NCBI GenBank assembly: GCA_030645735.1
Contig: JAUSNP010000003.1
Coordinates: 27,608-91,607, forward strand
DNA from: Candidatus Moraniibacteriota bacterium
Lineage (GTDB): Bacteria; Patescibacteriota; Minisyncoccia; Moranbacterales; UBA2206
Length of the DNA: 64,000 nt
Direction of reading: 5' to 3'
Part shown: one piece after another, positions 19,410 through 28,295 of the stretch
Layout: every line of letters begins with the position of its first letter
Position numbering within the stretch: the first letter of the stretch is position 1
The notes under the pieces: model-generated
What the model was told of the DNA's origin: nothing
Seen by the model: the letters and a program-made list of their open reading frames with translations, nothing else
Database searches by the model: none
Made by a program: the position numbers and the translations under genes

Positions 19410-20156
19410 TTATCTTTTCCAAATCAAATTAAAAATATTTCTTTGCAAATCTGCAATAGCTTTGTCTTCTATAATCACACCGACTAAATTTTTGAAAGAA
19501 ATCATAGCGACTGTATCATCCACAATCAACAAATCTGTTTCAAACTTGAAACCCTCAGGCAATAGCTTGTTTTTCACAAAAGCATTATATTCTTTTTGTT
19601 TCAATCGTTCAACAGCCTTGTCTGATTTTTCAACTAGATTTCGCAAAATTCCTCCATTGTTATACAGCTTCATCAGCAATTCATGATTTTCTTTCATAGA
19701 AAATAATTTGAAAAAACTAGCAGGTGAAAAAATGGAATAAACATCTTTATGAGTGTTTAGCATTTCTTCATAGACTTTTCTGATTCCTTCCTTGCCTTCA
19801 TAAAAACTGACATTTGGCTTGTTGAACGACAATGAATATAAAAATTCCAACTCGGGAATAATTTTTTCTACTTTTAGTTTCTTATTTTCGAGTTCATTTT
19901 TTCTCCTATCAATCAATTTCATGATTTTTTTTGGATCTTCGGCACAATAGGCTATTCTTTTTTTATAAGCCGTCTTGTAGATCAATCCTTTTCCCAAAAG
20001 ACTTTCAATATACTCATACACAGTCGTTCTTTTCATTTTAGCCTTGCGTGCAACATCAGAAATAGTGCTTTTGCCAAGCACCAAAACAGCCAAATATACT
20101 TCAACTTCTCTTTTCGACAAATCTAGGTCAGCTAGTTTTTCTTTTAATCTATCCAT
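19410..20156 (-). CDS. TrmB-family HTH transcriptional regulator
   Basis: N-terminal HTH LSKREVEVYLAVLVLGKSTISDVARKAKMKRTTVYEYIESLLGKGLIY with a C-terminal sensor-like domain. Confidence 0.7.
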   Translation of the reverse strand: MDRLKEKLADLDLSKREVEVYLAVLVLGKSTISDVARKAKMKRTTVYEYIESLLGKGLIYKTAYKKRIAYCAEDPKKIMKLIDRRKNELENKKLKVEKIIPELEFLYSLSFNKPNVSFYEGKEGIRKVYEEMLNTHKDVYSIFSPASFFKLFSMKENHELLMKLYNNGGILRNLVEKSDKAVERLKQKEYNAFVKNKLLPEGFKFETDLLIVDDTVAMISFKNLVGVIIEDKAIADLQRNIFNLIWKR

Positions 20157-20358
20157 AAATACAATCTATACCTAACTCTACAAAGTGTCAACTTTTTTCG
20201 TCATATAAAATAAACCGGTCATAAAATATAGCCATAATAAAGCAATTACATCTAATTTTATTGTGTAATAGTAGCGCATATCTATAGCATTTGTATAATA
20301 AACTATTCTTTAACAACAGCTTATAAAAGATGCCTTTAAAAAAACATTGGGAGAATTT

Positions 20359-20551
20359 TATGCAAAAGATAGAACCGTTTTGGCTCATATTACCATCCCT
20401 TGCAATAGCCGCATTAATAGTAAATGCAATAGATGCCATTTATCCACTCACTAAGGATAATTGGGACTATATTTGTATACCAGTATATGTAGTAGTTCGA
20501 ATAATATTTGCTGCATGGAGAATGCCAAAAACTACAAGGAGACCGCTATGA
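20359..20551 (+). CDS. Small hydrophobic peptide 1 of 3 (about 63 aa, MQKIEPFWLILPSLAIAALIV...)
   Basis: GGGAGA SD before the ATG. The stop overlaps the next start (ATGA). The start coordinate is +/-1 nt, because my reading of a homopolymer here disagrees with the ORF track. Confidence 0.4.
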
Positions 20552-20742
20552 TTGCAAAGCTGATTGCAGGAACCGTAATAGCCATGTTTATCTTTATGTA
20601 TGGATGGTTAGAAACAGGCGTGGCACTGAAAACAGCTACGGGAATATACAGCGGCTGGTCAGCATTATCACTAGGTATTCTCATTGGCACTTGGTGTCCA
20701 TTCTTTTTAAAAAAAATTAAAATGGAAGGGGGTCGTTTATGA
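20548..20742 (+). CDS. Small two-TM peptide 2 of 3 (64 aa, MIAKLIAGTVIAMFIFMYGWLETGV...)
   Basis: AAGGAG SD 6 nt upstream. Start and stop overlap both neighbours. Confidence 0.45.
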   Translation: MIAKLIAGTVIAMFIFMYGWLETGVALKTATGIYSGWSALSLGILIGTWCPFFLKKIKMEGGRL

Positions 20743-20885
20743 TTAAGCTTTCCTTACTAGCAAGCATTCCGACATTCGCAATTGATGTGCTTCTGCTTTC
20801 TCATGACATAAATATTGGCCCTCTTGGTGCAGCTTTACTATTTTTATTGTGTTTATCCATTACAATCAGAACCAAACTGAGATAA
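20739..20885 (+). CDS. Small hydrophobic peptide 3 of 3 (48 aa, MIKLSLLASIPTFAIDVLLLSHDINIGPLGAALLFLLCLSITIRTKLR)
   Basis: GAAGGGGG SD before the ATG. It is below the ORF-track size cutoff. A bidirectional hairpin terminator follows at about 20911-20940. Confidence 0.4.
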   Translation: MIKLSLLASIPTFAIDVLLLSHDINIGPLGAALLFLLCLSITIRTKLR

Positions 20886-20936
20886 TCCTATTGTCTCTTC
20901 TAAAAGAGCCCACTTTAACACAAGATGGCTCTTTTT

Positions 20937-21779
20937 TTATTTTCCATTTTTCAACAATTTTTTATTCTGCGGAACTTGCAAATAATTTTCTTTTTTAATA
21001 ACCATGCTACCAGATTCTAGTTCTAGATTTTTTCGAGCGTCGCCAGCAATTTTTCCACCCTTTTGGGCGGCCACTTTGTTTTCAGAAAATCCGACGGCAT
21101 TTTTGCTAACAGCGATTCTAGTCGTGGAAGCTTCACCTAACATAGAAAAGATCAACTCCAAGTCATCCATATGATCACGCAAGTTTTCTCTCTTCAATCC
21201 CTTGTGTTCTTTGTATTCGCTGGGTGTCATATCAAAAGTTGCCCTGGATATTTCGGCTGTCAAAATTGCAAACTCCCGATCTTCTTTGATGTCTCGATTT
21301 TTCCATTCATCCGTCAATTCTTCACGAATGGCAATACCTCGCATTCTTTTTTCAATCCATGCTTCTGAATATCCTTTTAGCTTATACAATTCCCTAGTCC
21401 GCTTAGTTGCCAACTCAGGATCTTCAATTTCCTTTATTCTGTCATAGCCAACTTTAGCCAACCACCTTTTCAGTGGTTCAGCCTTTGGCGAAGGAATCGA
21501 TTGAACTATACGAAGCATGGTTTCAGTGTTGGCACAATCAGTTTCTCTAAACTTGCCGTCAGTAGCTTCCATTTTCAACTGTCCGATTTTATCGGACACT
21601 TCAATATAACCCTCACTCACTAACTTTGTTTTAAGATCACTCCAATATTTCCTTGCTCTGTCCGTGCCCGTTAAAATTCCTACTACGTCAATAACCGAAA
21701 ACCACCATTCATCCTGATATACAGCTTTTCTAATTTCCATGCCTTGAAAAATAGCTAATCCTTTATTTGTTTTTTCCAT
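20937..21779 (-). CDS. DinD-like protein with Bro-N-type N-terminus (paralogue 2 of 3)
   Basis: FQGMEIRKAVYQDEWWFSVIDVVGIL and ...ENLRDHMDDLELIFSMLGE...KGGKIAGDARK. It shares a conserved 5' region (tttttatttttattg..cttaYAGTG) and the palindromic site with paralogue 3. Confidence 0.65.
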   Translation of the reverse strand: MEKTNKGLAIFQGMEIRKAVYQDEWWFSVIDVVGILTGTDRARKYWSDLKTKLVSEGYIEVSDKIGQLKMEATDGKFRETDCANTETMLRIVQSIPSPKAEPLKRWLAKVGYDRIKEIEDPELATKRTRELYKLKGYSEAWIEKRMRGIAIREELTDEWKNRDIKEDREFAILTAEISRATFDMTPSEYKEHKGLKRENLRDHMDDLELIFSMLGEASTTRIAVSKNAVGFSENKVAAQKGGKIAGDARKNLELESGSMVIKKENYLQVPQNKKLLKNGK

Positions 21780-21806
21780 GATTTTTATTTTTATTGTTGC
21801 TTATAG

Positions 21807-21821
21807 TGATATAATAACACC
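21807..21821. promoter_or_regulatory. Palindromic operator-like site GTGATATAATAACAC upstream of dinD-like paralogue 2
   Basis: Matches GTGnTATnATAnCAC. Confidence 0.5.
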
Positions 21822-21891
21822 TCTGGAGTTTTCTTGTCAATACATGAAAAAAACGAGGAGCAATCCTCGTTTCCATGAAGTTATATTCAAT

Positions 21892-22344
21892 TTATTTTCT
21901 ATCCTTATCAATTCCGAATCTCTCCTTATTTAATTCTTCGTAAAAACTTTTAATTCGAGCTCCTTTTAATGTCTTCTCGCCAATACATGAATCTTTTGGC
22001 ATTTCTACTTTTTCATTATTTTCAGACGAATTTTCTTGATCTGCTTTGGTTATAATATCTCGAATAACACAACGTAAAATATTCAAAGAGTGCTGACTAA
22101 TATCTCTTGGACAATCCTCCAAAATCAAGCCGACAAAATCATCACTAGCAAGATCTATTGTCCGCCCAGCTTCAACAACTTGCCTTCTCTTCTCCAACAC
22201 GCGATTAATAAAACCTCTGTAATCTACAAATTGATTAAATACATAGTCCTCTTTATCCACAACCTTTTCTTTACCATTGGTCACAACACTTGGATTTTCT
22301 ATGCTCATAAATTTACCTGTAAATATTTTAAACTGACATATCAC
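21892..22344 (-). CDS. Hypothetical protein (150 aa)
   Basis: ORF with a hairpin terminator downstream (aacgaggagcaatcctcgtt at about 21849-21870). No family recognised. Overlaps the htpX 3' end by a few codons. Confidence 0.45.
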   Translation of the reverse strand: MICQFKIFTGKFMSIENPSVVTNGKEKVVDKEDYVFNQFVDYRGFINRVLEKRRQVVEAGRTIDLASDDFVGLILEDCPRDISQHSLNILRCVIRDIITKADQENSSENNEKVEMPKDSCIGEKTLKGARIKSFYEELNKERFGIDKDRK

Positions 22345-23221
22345 GCAATAATTTTACGCGCTCCTCAATTGGCGGATGAGTTTGAAAAAGTGAAGATATT
22401 TTTTTACCTTTGAAAGGATTGGCGATGTACAAATGAGCGGTGGCACGGTTGGCCGCTTCCAGCGGTTCTTGATCGGCCGAGATTTTTTCCAAGGCACTCG
22501 CCAAGCCTTCCGGATAACGAGTGAGCAAAGCGCCTGAAGCATCGGCCAAAAATTCTCGTTTGCGTGAAATAGCCATTTGCATAAACACGGCGGCAATGGG
22601 TGCCAAGATTGAAAGAATGACAGCCAGAATAATCAACACCATTTGCAATTGCCCACCACCTTCATTGTTATCCCGACTGCGACCTCCAAAAAATGCCCAA
22701 TGACGAAACCAGTCCGCCAGCAATGTTACAAATCCTACCAAAATCACCACGACTGTGGACAGTAAAATGTCGCGATTGCCAATGTGTGACAATTCGTGTG
22801 CAATCACACCTTCCAATTCTTTTTTTTCTAATTTTGCAATGATGCCCGTGGTCAAACAAATCACCCCGTGTTCTGGATCGCGCCCTGTGGCAAAAGCATT
22901 CGGTGCACTATCATCAATCGTGTATATTTTTGGCACCGGCAGTCCAGCGGTGATGCACAAATTTTCCACTATGTGATAAATTTCTCTACCATTGTCATGC
23001 GTCAATTCCTTGGCACCACTCATCGCCAACACAATCTTGTCACTCCACCAATAGGACACGAAGCTCATGCCCACAGAAAAGGCCACAGCAATATAAAGAA
23101 TCAAGCTGTTGCGCATTGCCCCCGCAAAGACATAGCCCACGCCCATTACGAAAATCAAAAAGCCTGTGATATAAACCCAGGTTAAGCGCGTGTTTTTGTC
23201 GGCTTGTGTATAAAGAGTCAT
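22328..23221 (-). CDS. htpX: M48 family zinc protease HtpX
   Basis: HELSHIGNRD (HExxH), four TM segments and a downstream Glu-containing motif. Confidence 0.85.
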   Translation of the reverse strand: MTLYTQADKNTRLTWVYITGFLIFVMGVGYVFAGAMRNSLILYIAVAFSVGMSFVSYWWSDKIVLAMSGAKELTHDNGREIYHIVENLCITAGLPVPKIYTIDDSAPNAFATGRDPEHGVICLTTGIIAKLEKKELEGVIAHELSHIGNRDILLSTVVVILVGFVTLLADWFRHWAFFGGRSRDNNEGGGQLQMVLIILAVILSILAPIAAVFMQMAISRKREFLADASGALLTRYPEGLASALEKISADQEPLEAANRATAHLYIANPFKGKKISSLFQTHPPIEERVKLLRDMSV

Positions 23222-23263
23222 AAGGATGTTCTAATGATAAAATTGTTCTATTTGTTCTAGCTG

Positions 23264-23653
23264 TTAAGCGTTACTTGTTTTGTTTGTTAGGAATTTATCT
23301 AAAGCAATGAGCTTAAAATATAGCTCCTGAATTAACTTTTGAGATTTTTCATAGTCCTGCATCGTAATATATTTTTGACTAAGAGAAATCTCTAAACAAG
23401 TCATGGTTTCCATCAATGATCCGAGAGCAATTCTTATGAAAGAGGCAAAGTCCTTCTTAGTTCTTTTTATACTGCCTTCCGCGATATTAAGTGGCCCTGA
23501 AACTGCCGATCTTCTTATTTGAGAGACCAAAGAAAACTTTTCCTCACTTGGAAATTTTTTTGTAATTTCATAAATCATATCAACAAGTTGCATTCCAAGC
23601 TTCCAAACTTCTAGACGATAGAATCCATATTCAACTTTTTGCATAATTTTCAA
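23264..23653 (-). CDS. Four-helix-bundle protein (23S rRNA intervening-sequence protein family)
   Basis: YRLEVWKLGMQLVDMIYEITKKFPSEEKFSLVSQIRRSAVSGPLNIAEGS is characteristic of TIGR02436-type proteins. Confidence 0.7.
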   Translation of the reverse strand: MKIMQKVEYGFYRLEVWKLGMQLVDMIYEITKKFPSEEKFSLVSQIRRSAVSGPLNIAEGSIKRTKKDFASFIRIALGSLMETMTCLEISLSQKYITMQDYEKSQKLIQELYFKLIALDKFLTNKTSNA

Positions 23654-23680
23654 CTACAACAAGTAGATCAATTAGAACAA

Positions 23681-24229
23681 CTAGAACTTTACTTCTACAT
23701 TCTCCTTCTCACCTTCTTTGGCTTCGAAGAATTCTCGCTTGGCAAAGTTCAGCATGCCAGCGATGATGTTGTTGGGGAAAAGTTCGATTTTGATGTTGAA
23801 GTCTCGGACATTTCCATTGTAGAATCGGCGAGAAGCTTGAATTTTGTCTTCAGTGTCAGTCAATTCACGTTGCAGTTCCAAGAAATTTTGATTAGCTTTC
23901 AAATCCGGATAGGATTCAGACACCGCAAACAAACTTTTCAAAGCACCACTTAGCATATTTTCAGCACCAGCCTTTTCTTCAGTTGATCCAGCGTTCATTG
24001 CCATGGTTCGCGCTTGGGTCACTTTTTCAAACACATCTTTTTCATGTGCGGCATAGCCTTTCACCGTGTTGATCAAGTTGGGAATCAAATCATAGCGTCT
24101 TTTCAATTGCACATCAATGTCACTCCACGCTTCGTCCACTCGGTTCTTCAGGGTGATAAGTCCATTATAAATCCCAACTGCCCACAAAACTGCCAACACG
24201 ATAATACCTAGAAATATTAGTCCGAACAT
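23681..24229 (-). CDS. lemA: LemA family protein
   Basis: N-terminal TM followed by YNGLITLKNRVDEAWSDIDVQLKRRYDLIPNL. Confidence 0.8.
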   Translation of the reverse strand: MFGLIFLGIIVLAVLWAVGIYNGLITLKNRVDEAWSDIDVQLKRRYDLIPNLINTVKGYAAHEKDVFEKVTQARTMAMNAGSTEEKAGAENMLSGALKSLFAVSESYPDLKANQNFLELQRELTDTEDKIQASRRFYNGNVRDFNIKIELFPNNIIAGMLNFAKREFFEAKEGEKENVEVKF

Positions 24230-24345
24230 ATATTTTTAACTTAAATAATTAACATCCTGATTCTAGCACTTTTTGCAGAAAAATAAAAGCGGTGCCAAGG
24301 GAAGTTTCCCCCAGCACCGTTTCGGACTACGATGTAATCCATGCC

Positions 24346-24567
24346 CTACCAATTGGCAAAACCACCGCTGCCAGGATCTCTTCTGTCCATACAACGTAGA
24401 TCATCACTCGCAGAAAGGCCATTCGACTGACCGCTTGGTCCAGCTGCAGGATCAGGTGGATATTGCACATCACCTACTGCACTATTCTTGACCAAATCCT
24501 CCCTGGTGTCACTTCCCCCAGCAACATTATCTAGTCCAGGTTGAACAAAATAAGTGCCCTTTTCCAT
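24346..24567 (-). CDS. Small GC-rich hypothetical protein (about 73 aa)
   Basis: AAAGGAGAG SD before the ATG (MEKGTYFVQPG...). GC is about 55-58% in an AT-rich context. It could instead be a non-coding region. Confidence 0.3.
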   Translation of the reverse strand: MEKGTYFVQPGLDNVAGGSDTREDLVKNSAVGDVQYPPDPAAGPSGQSNGLSASDDLRCMDRRDPGSGGFANW

Positions 24568-24917
24568 GACTCTCTCCTTTGGCACAATGTGCCGGCTTGA
24601 TTTGAAAAACGAAAGAACTACTCACAAAACAAAAAACGACCATCTTCCGAGGCCGTTTTCTTTTGATTTTTGACTATACTCTAAAAATCACAAAGAAACG
24701 ACCCCTGAATAAAGGCCATAAAATAAAACCAAAAATTTCTTTGTAACATATTTATCATATTCACAATATATACCCAAGTCGTTTTTTCGTCAATAGGTAT
24801 GCGAAAAGCGCACTACGAATGCGCACATGCGAATAAGTTCGTAGATTCGTGTTCGTTTCGTAGTTTCGAATCGGCTATGTTATAATCAAAATACAATAAC
24901 ATCTAAAAACAAATATT

Positions 24918-25370
24918 ATGAAAATGCTCACTCCCTATCTCGTTGTCTTGATTCCCTTGATTGTTTTGGCCTTGGTTCGAGTTTTGAAATTTGTCATTTT
25001 CTATTTCCGCCACAACCGCGATTTCAAATACACTCTCGAGCATGCCATGACCTATGGTCACATGCCCAGCGTTCATTCAGCCCTGATGGCTTCGATGGTG
25101 GTTTCAGTTGGTCACTATGAAGGCATTGGTTCTGGCGCTTTCGCCATTGCACTTATCATGGCTATCTTGACTATTGATGATGCCACTCGTCTACGAGTTT
25201 ACATGGGTGAGCACAGTCGCTACATCAACATGATCGTCGACAAAATCGGTGCCGATGAAACAGACTATCCCCGCCTCAAAGAAAGAATGGGTCACAAACC
25301 CGAAGAAGCACTAGTGGGTGGAATTCTTGGCCTAGCATTAACTATCCTACTTATAACATTTTTGAAATAA
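24918..25370 (+). CDS. Divergent PAP2-family membrane protein (YuiD/DUF212-like)
   Basis: GHMPSVHSALMASMVVSVG and the helical layout typical of divergent PAP2 proteins. Confidence 0.7.
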   Translation: MKMLTPYLVVLIPLIVLALVRVLKFVIFYFRHNRDFKYTLEHAMTYGHMPSVHSALMASMVVSVGHYEGIGSGAFAIALIMAILTIDDATRLRVYMGEHSRYINMIVDKIGADETDYPRLKERMGHKPEEALVGGILGLALTILLITFLK

Positions 25371-25419
25371 GTCTAAATTCTAAAGACTAAAAACTAAACC
25401 AAGACTAAGGAATTTAAGT

Positions 25420-25773
25420 ATGAAGACTAATAATTTAGAAATTCGTACCGTAAAATTTAGTGGTGAAATTATCGTCCTTGTTAAGAAATTAAAAAGAGAC
25501 ATTATTAATATCCCATTGATAAGTCAAATTGTAAGATCAGCCACAAGTATTGGCGCAAATTATTGCGAATCACAGGGCTCCAGTTCTAAAAAAGATTTCA
25601 AGAACAAGCTTTATATTTGTAAAAAAGAATGCAAAGAAACAAAATATTGGCTAGAAATTATAGCGAAATCAAATCCTGAGCACGCAGAAGAATGTCGAGA
25701 ATTATGGAAAGAAGCTCAAGAATTAACTCTTATTTTTTCTAAGTCCATCCTGACTTTAGAAAACAAATCGTGA
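25420..25773 (+). CDS. Four-helix-bundle protein (23S rRNA IVS protein family), second copy
   Basis: IPLISQIVRSATSIGANYCESQGSSSKKDFKNKLYICKKECKETKYWLEII. Confidence 0.7.
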   Translation: MKTNNLEIRTVKFSGEIIVLVKKLKRDIINIPLISQIVRSATSIGANYCESQGSSSKKDFKNKLYICKKECKETKYWLEIIAKSNPEHAEECRELWKEAQELTLIFSKSILTLENKS

Positions 25774-25828
25774 TTGAAAATTTATACTTTATTACTTTAA
25801 ACTTCTTTTAGTCTTTGGTACTTAGTCC

Positions 25829-27124
25829 TTAGACTTTTATTTTAGCTAATTCTTCTTGAATAACCTTTTTATCATTCCACTCAATTCTCTGATCCCCAAC
25901 TGCCATTGTTTCCTCAGCGCCTTTGCCAGTGACAATTACAATATCATTCGCCTTTGCTAATGACAGCGCTTTGGCGATGGCTTCACGGCGATCAAAGATT
26001 TTCCAAAAGTTTTGTCCTTCGGTTTTGTTCTTCACACCACTAGCCACTTCGTTGATGATTTGTTGTGGGTCTTCATGATAGGGGTCTTCATTGGTGACGA
26101 TGACATAATCAGCAGAAGCCGAAACAATCTCACCCATCAAAGGGCGCTTGCCACGATCACGCTCACCACAGGAACCAAAAACCGCAATGATTCGGCTATC
26201 AGTTTTTTTCACTGAGGTCAGATATTGATAGAGCTTTTGCAAAGAGTCAGGCGTCACCGCATAATCAATCATCACGTTCAAATTTTTGTCGTTGGCAATT
26301 GATTCAAGTCGTCCGGCCACACCAGTGATTTTTGCCAAAGCATTTGCTGATTGTTCCAAGGAAATGTTTTGTGAAATTCCCACAGCCACCGCTGCCAGAG
26401 AATTTTCAATATTAAATTCCCCGGGAAGATTAATTTTAAATTCACAACCTGAAACCTGAAATGCAGAATTATAAATGTCCAACTTGATATTATTCGCAAA
26501 AATATTTTGAGATTTGAGATTTGAGATTTGAGATTTTTTTGTATCTTGTATCTTGTGATTTGTATCTTTCAAGCTGTATCCAAACTTAACTGCATTATTG
26601 TATTGTAAAAACTCCTCGGGTTTTTCCATATCCAAATTCACCACCGCCACATCTGCCATCCCAAATAATTTAGCTTTGGCCTGGCGATATTGCTCAATAG
26701 TCTTGTGATAGTCCAAATGTTCACGCGTCACATTGGTGATGACTGCCACAGCATAGTGAATCCCCCACACGCGACACTGGTCCAAAGAATGTGATGAAGT
26801 TTCCAAAATCAGATAATCACATTTAGCCTCCACCGCTTTTTTGATGAACTTCTGAGTGGCAAATGGAGAAAGGGTGGTGTACTTGGTCACATTCACCCAC
26901 TCCTCAGCGCCCAATTTGAAATTTATAGTTGAAGCCATGGCGACAGTGTGTCCTGCTTCTTCCAAAATTTTGGCAATCATCTGACAAGTGGTGGTTTTGC
27001 CGTTAGTTCCAGTCACCCCAATCACCTTGATATTTCTCGACGGAAAACCATACGCAAAATTCGCCACTACCGCTTGCGCCAAGTGGTAGATGTTTTTGAT
27101 GGATTGTGGGATCAGTTTTTTCAT
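25829..27124 (-). CDS. Mur ligase family protein (MurE-like), carrying an in-frame 7-bp-unit tandem-repeat insertion
   Basis: IGVTGTNGKTTTCQMIAKIL P-loop, Mur ligase middle and C-terminal domains. A (gagattt)x4 plus (gtatctt)n block at 26509..26570 encodes ...KIQDTKKSQISNLKSQ... Confidence 0.75.
   Translation of the reverse strand: MKKLIPQSIKNIYHLAQAVVANFAYGFPSRNIKVIGVTGTNGKTTTCQMIAKILEEAGHTVAMASTINFKLGAEEWVNVTKYTTLSPFATQKFIKKAVEAKCDYLILETSSHSLDQCRVWGIHYAVAVITNVTREHLDYHKTIEQYRQAKAKLFGMADVAVVNLDMEKPEEFLQYNNAVKFGYSLKDTNHKIQDTKKSQISNLKSQNIFANNIKLDIYNSAFQVSGCEFKINLPGEFNIENSLAAVAVGISQNISLEQSANALAKITGVAGRLESIANDKNLNVMIDYAVTPDSLQKLYQYLTSVKKTDSRIIAVFGSCGERDRGKRPLMGEIVSASADYVIVTNEDPYHEDPQQIINEVASGVKNKTEGQNFWKIFDRREAIAKALSLAKANDIVIVTGKGAEETMAVGDQRIEWNDKKVIQEELAKIKV
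26509..26570. repeat. 7-bp-unit tandem repeats (gagattt)x4 followed by gtatctt-like units, inside the Mur ligase CDS
   Basis: ttgagatttgagatttgagatttgagatttttttgtatcttgtatcttgtgatttgtatctttc. The reading frame is maintained. Confidence 0.8.
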
Positions 27125-27164
27125 ATATTCATTATACCTTGATTTTCTTATTTAAAAAAATACA

Positions 27165-27188
27165 GGCCGAGTTCATTTGAACTCGGCC
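27165..27188 (-). terminator. Hairpin terminator for the 27224..28186 gene
   Basis: ggccgagttcatttgaactcggcc is a perfect 9-bp stem, with a T-run on the minus strand. Confidence 0.5.
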
Positions 27189-27223
27189 CTTTTAATATGC
27201 GCTCTCCTTATTTCCAAAGAAAA

Positions 27224-28186
27224 TTATTTGGATTCTAACATCTTGCTGTCAAATAAAGGGATTGCTAACTGGATATTATTTCTATGCATCCAAGCTAGCC
27301 GTAGTTTTCTTGCAAGACCTGGCAAAGACCACGCCCGCAAAAGTTCACCTCCTGGACAGAAAGTGCGTTGACAGCAATGCCAGCAAGCCCTCTCTTGCAA
27401 ACTATAACCCATATCAATCCCCGAATGTATGCCATTGAAAACCAGTCCTTTAGGACATCCGCCAAATTCTGCTAACATCTTGTCTATTGGGACTCCGACC
27501 TCGCCGTTTTCAAGCTCAATAATTGGCAGATTCCAACCATTAACAATAATCCTTCCGCCGCCACAACCGCCAATCAAATCCGCGGCTCTCAGTTGCTGAC
27601 CCATGAGATCGTCATCATCTATAATTGGAAGTGCAGGAATCATGATGATATCTGGATCAAGCTGATCTTCGATGGCTATCTCAGAGACTTCACGCGTGCC
27701 TGAATCTTCATTTGGATATTCAGAAAAAATTCTGGCCACACCTTCTTCTGGTGGATTTTCCAAAAAAGACCTAAGCGTTTCTATGAAATACCTGAAGTCA
27801 TTGTCCTGAAAAAATCCCCCTGCTCCCTGCCAAGACCAACTGCTTTTAACCTCCTCTTTAGCTAAATTTATAAGCCCGTCAACTGCATCTAGAATCAAAA
27901 CTGCTTCTTGTCTATCCTGTTCAGACAATTGCCCGTCTCTGATTCTTGACCAAACTTCATTGAGTATGAACTGAATTTTCATTTTCCAATAGCTCGACAA
28001 CCTCTCAGTATACCCTTGCCTTCTTGAAATATCACGCTCCTCCTTTTCCATGATAGCCAGCATCTCCCTAATCTCAGAATCAAGCTCCGGCTTATACTGT
28101 CTGATCAATTCCCACATCCTTGAATAAAAATGCGGGAGGGATACCAAGATGCCACCAAACATAACTCCACAAATTTCCTGTGTCAT
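27224..28186 (-). CDS. Hypothetical protein (320 aa), moderately GC-richer than neighbours
   Basis: Long ORF with a terminator downstream. Acidic N-terminal half, Gly/Cys-containing C-terminal half (GGCGGGRIIVNGW...CWHCCQRTFCPGG). No family recognised. Confidence 0.5.
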   Translation of the reverse strand: MTQEICGVMFGGILVSLPHFYSRMWELIRQYKPELDSEIREMLAIMEKEERDISRRQGYTERLSSYWKMKIQFILNEVWSRIRDGQLSEQDRQEAVLILDAVDGLINLAKEEVKSSWSWQGAGGFFQDNDFRYFIETLRSFLENPPEEGVARIFSEYPNEDSGTREVSEIAIEDQLDPDIIMIPALPIIDDDDLMGQQLRAADLIGGCGGGRIIVNGWNLPIIELENGEVGVPIDKMLAEFGGCPKGLVFNGIHSGIDMGYSLQERACWHCCQRTFCPGGELLRAWSLPGLARKLRLAWMHRNNIQLAIPLFDSKMLESK

Positions 28187-28295
28187 CTCGCTACCCCCAA
28201 AAGTTTAAGTTTAATAGGATGATTATGTTAAAGGACTGATTAAATATTTAATCATTAAATAACATAAAATGCAAGTGTTCTGCTAAAGCTTATTT

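Noticed and set aside
20330-20551. The ORF-track start at 20330 (MPLKKHW...) for the first small peptide
   Set aside because: When I read the printed sequence, the homopolymer at 20338..20343 appears one A short for that translation and one A long near 20519..20521, so I cannot place the N-terminus to the nucleotide. I use the SD-supported ATG near 20359 and flag the 1-nt uncertainty.
24790-24880. tRNA-like gene suspected from gtttcgaatcgg
   Set aside because: No acceptor stem, D-loop or anticodon arm can be drawn. The region is a set of ctacgaa/ttcgtag repeats in a promoter area.
26509-26570. Possible CRISPR array, considered because of regular short repeats. Similar arrays occur at 33601..33756 and 43441..43545.
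   Set aside because: Repeat units are 7 bp with no spacers, they lie inside intact ORFs, and no cas genes are present. They are tandem microsatellite-like repeats, not CRISPR.
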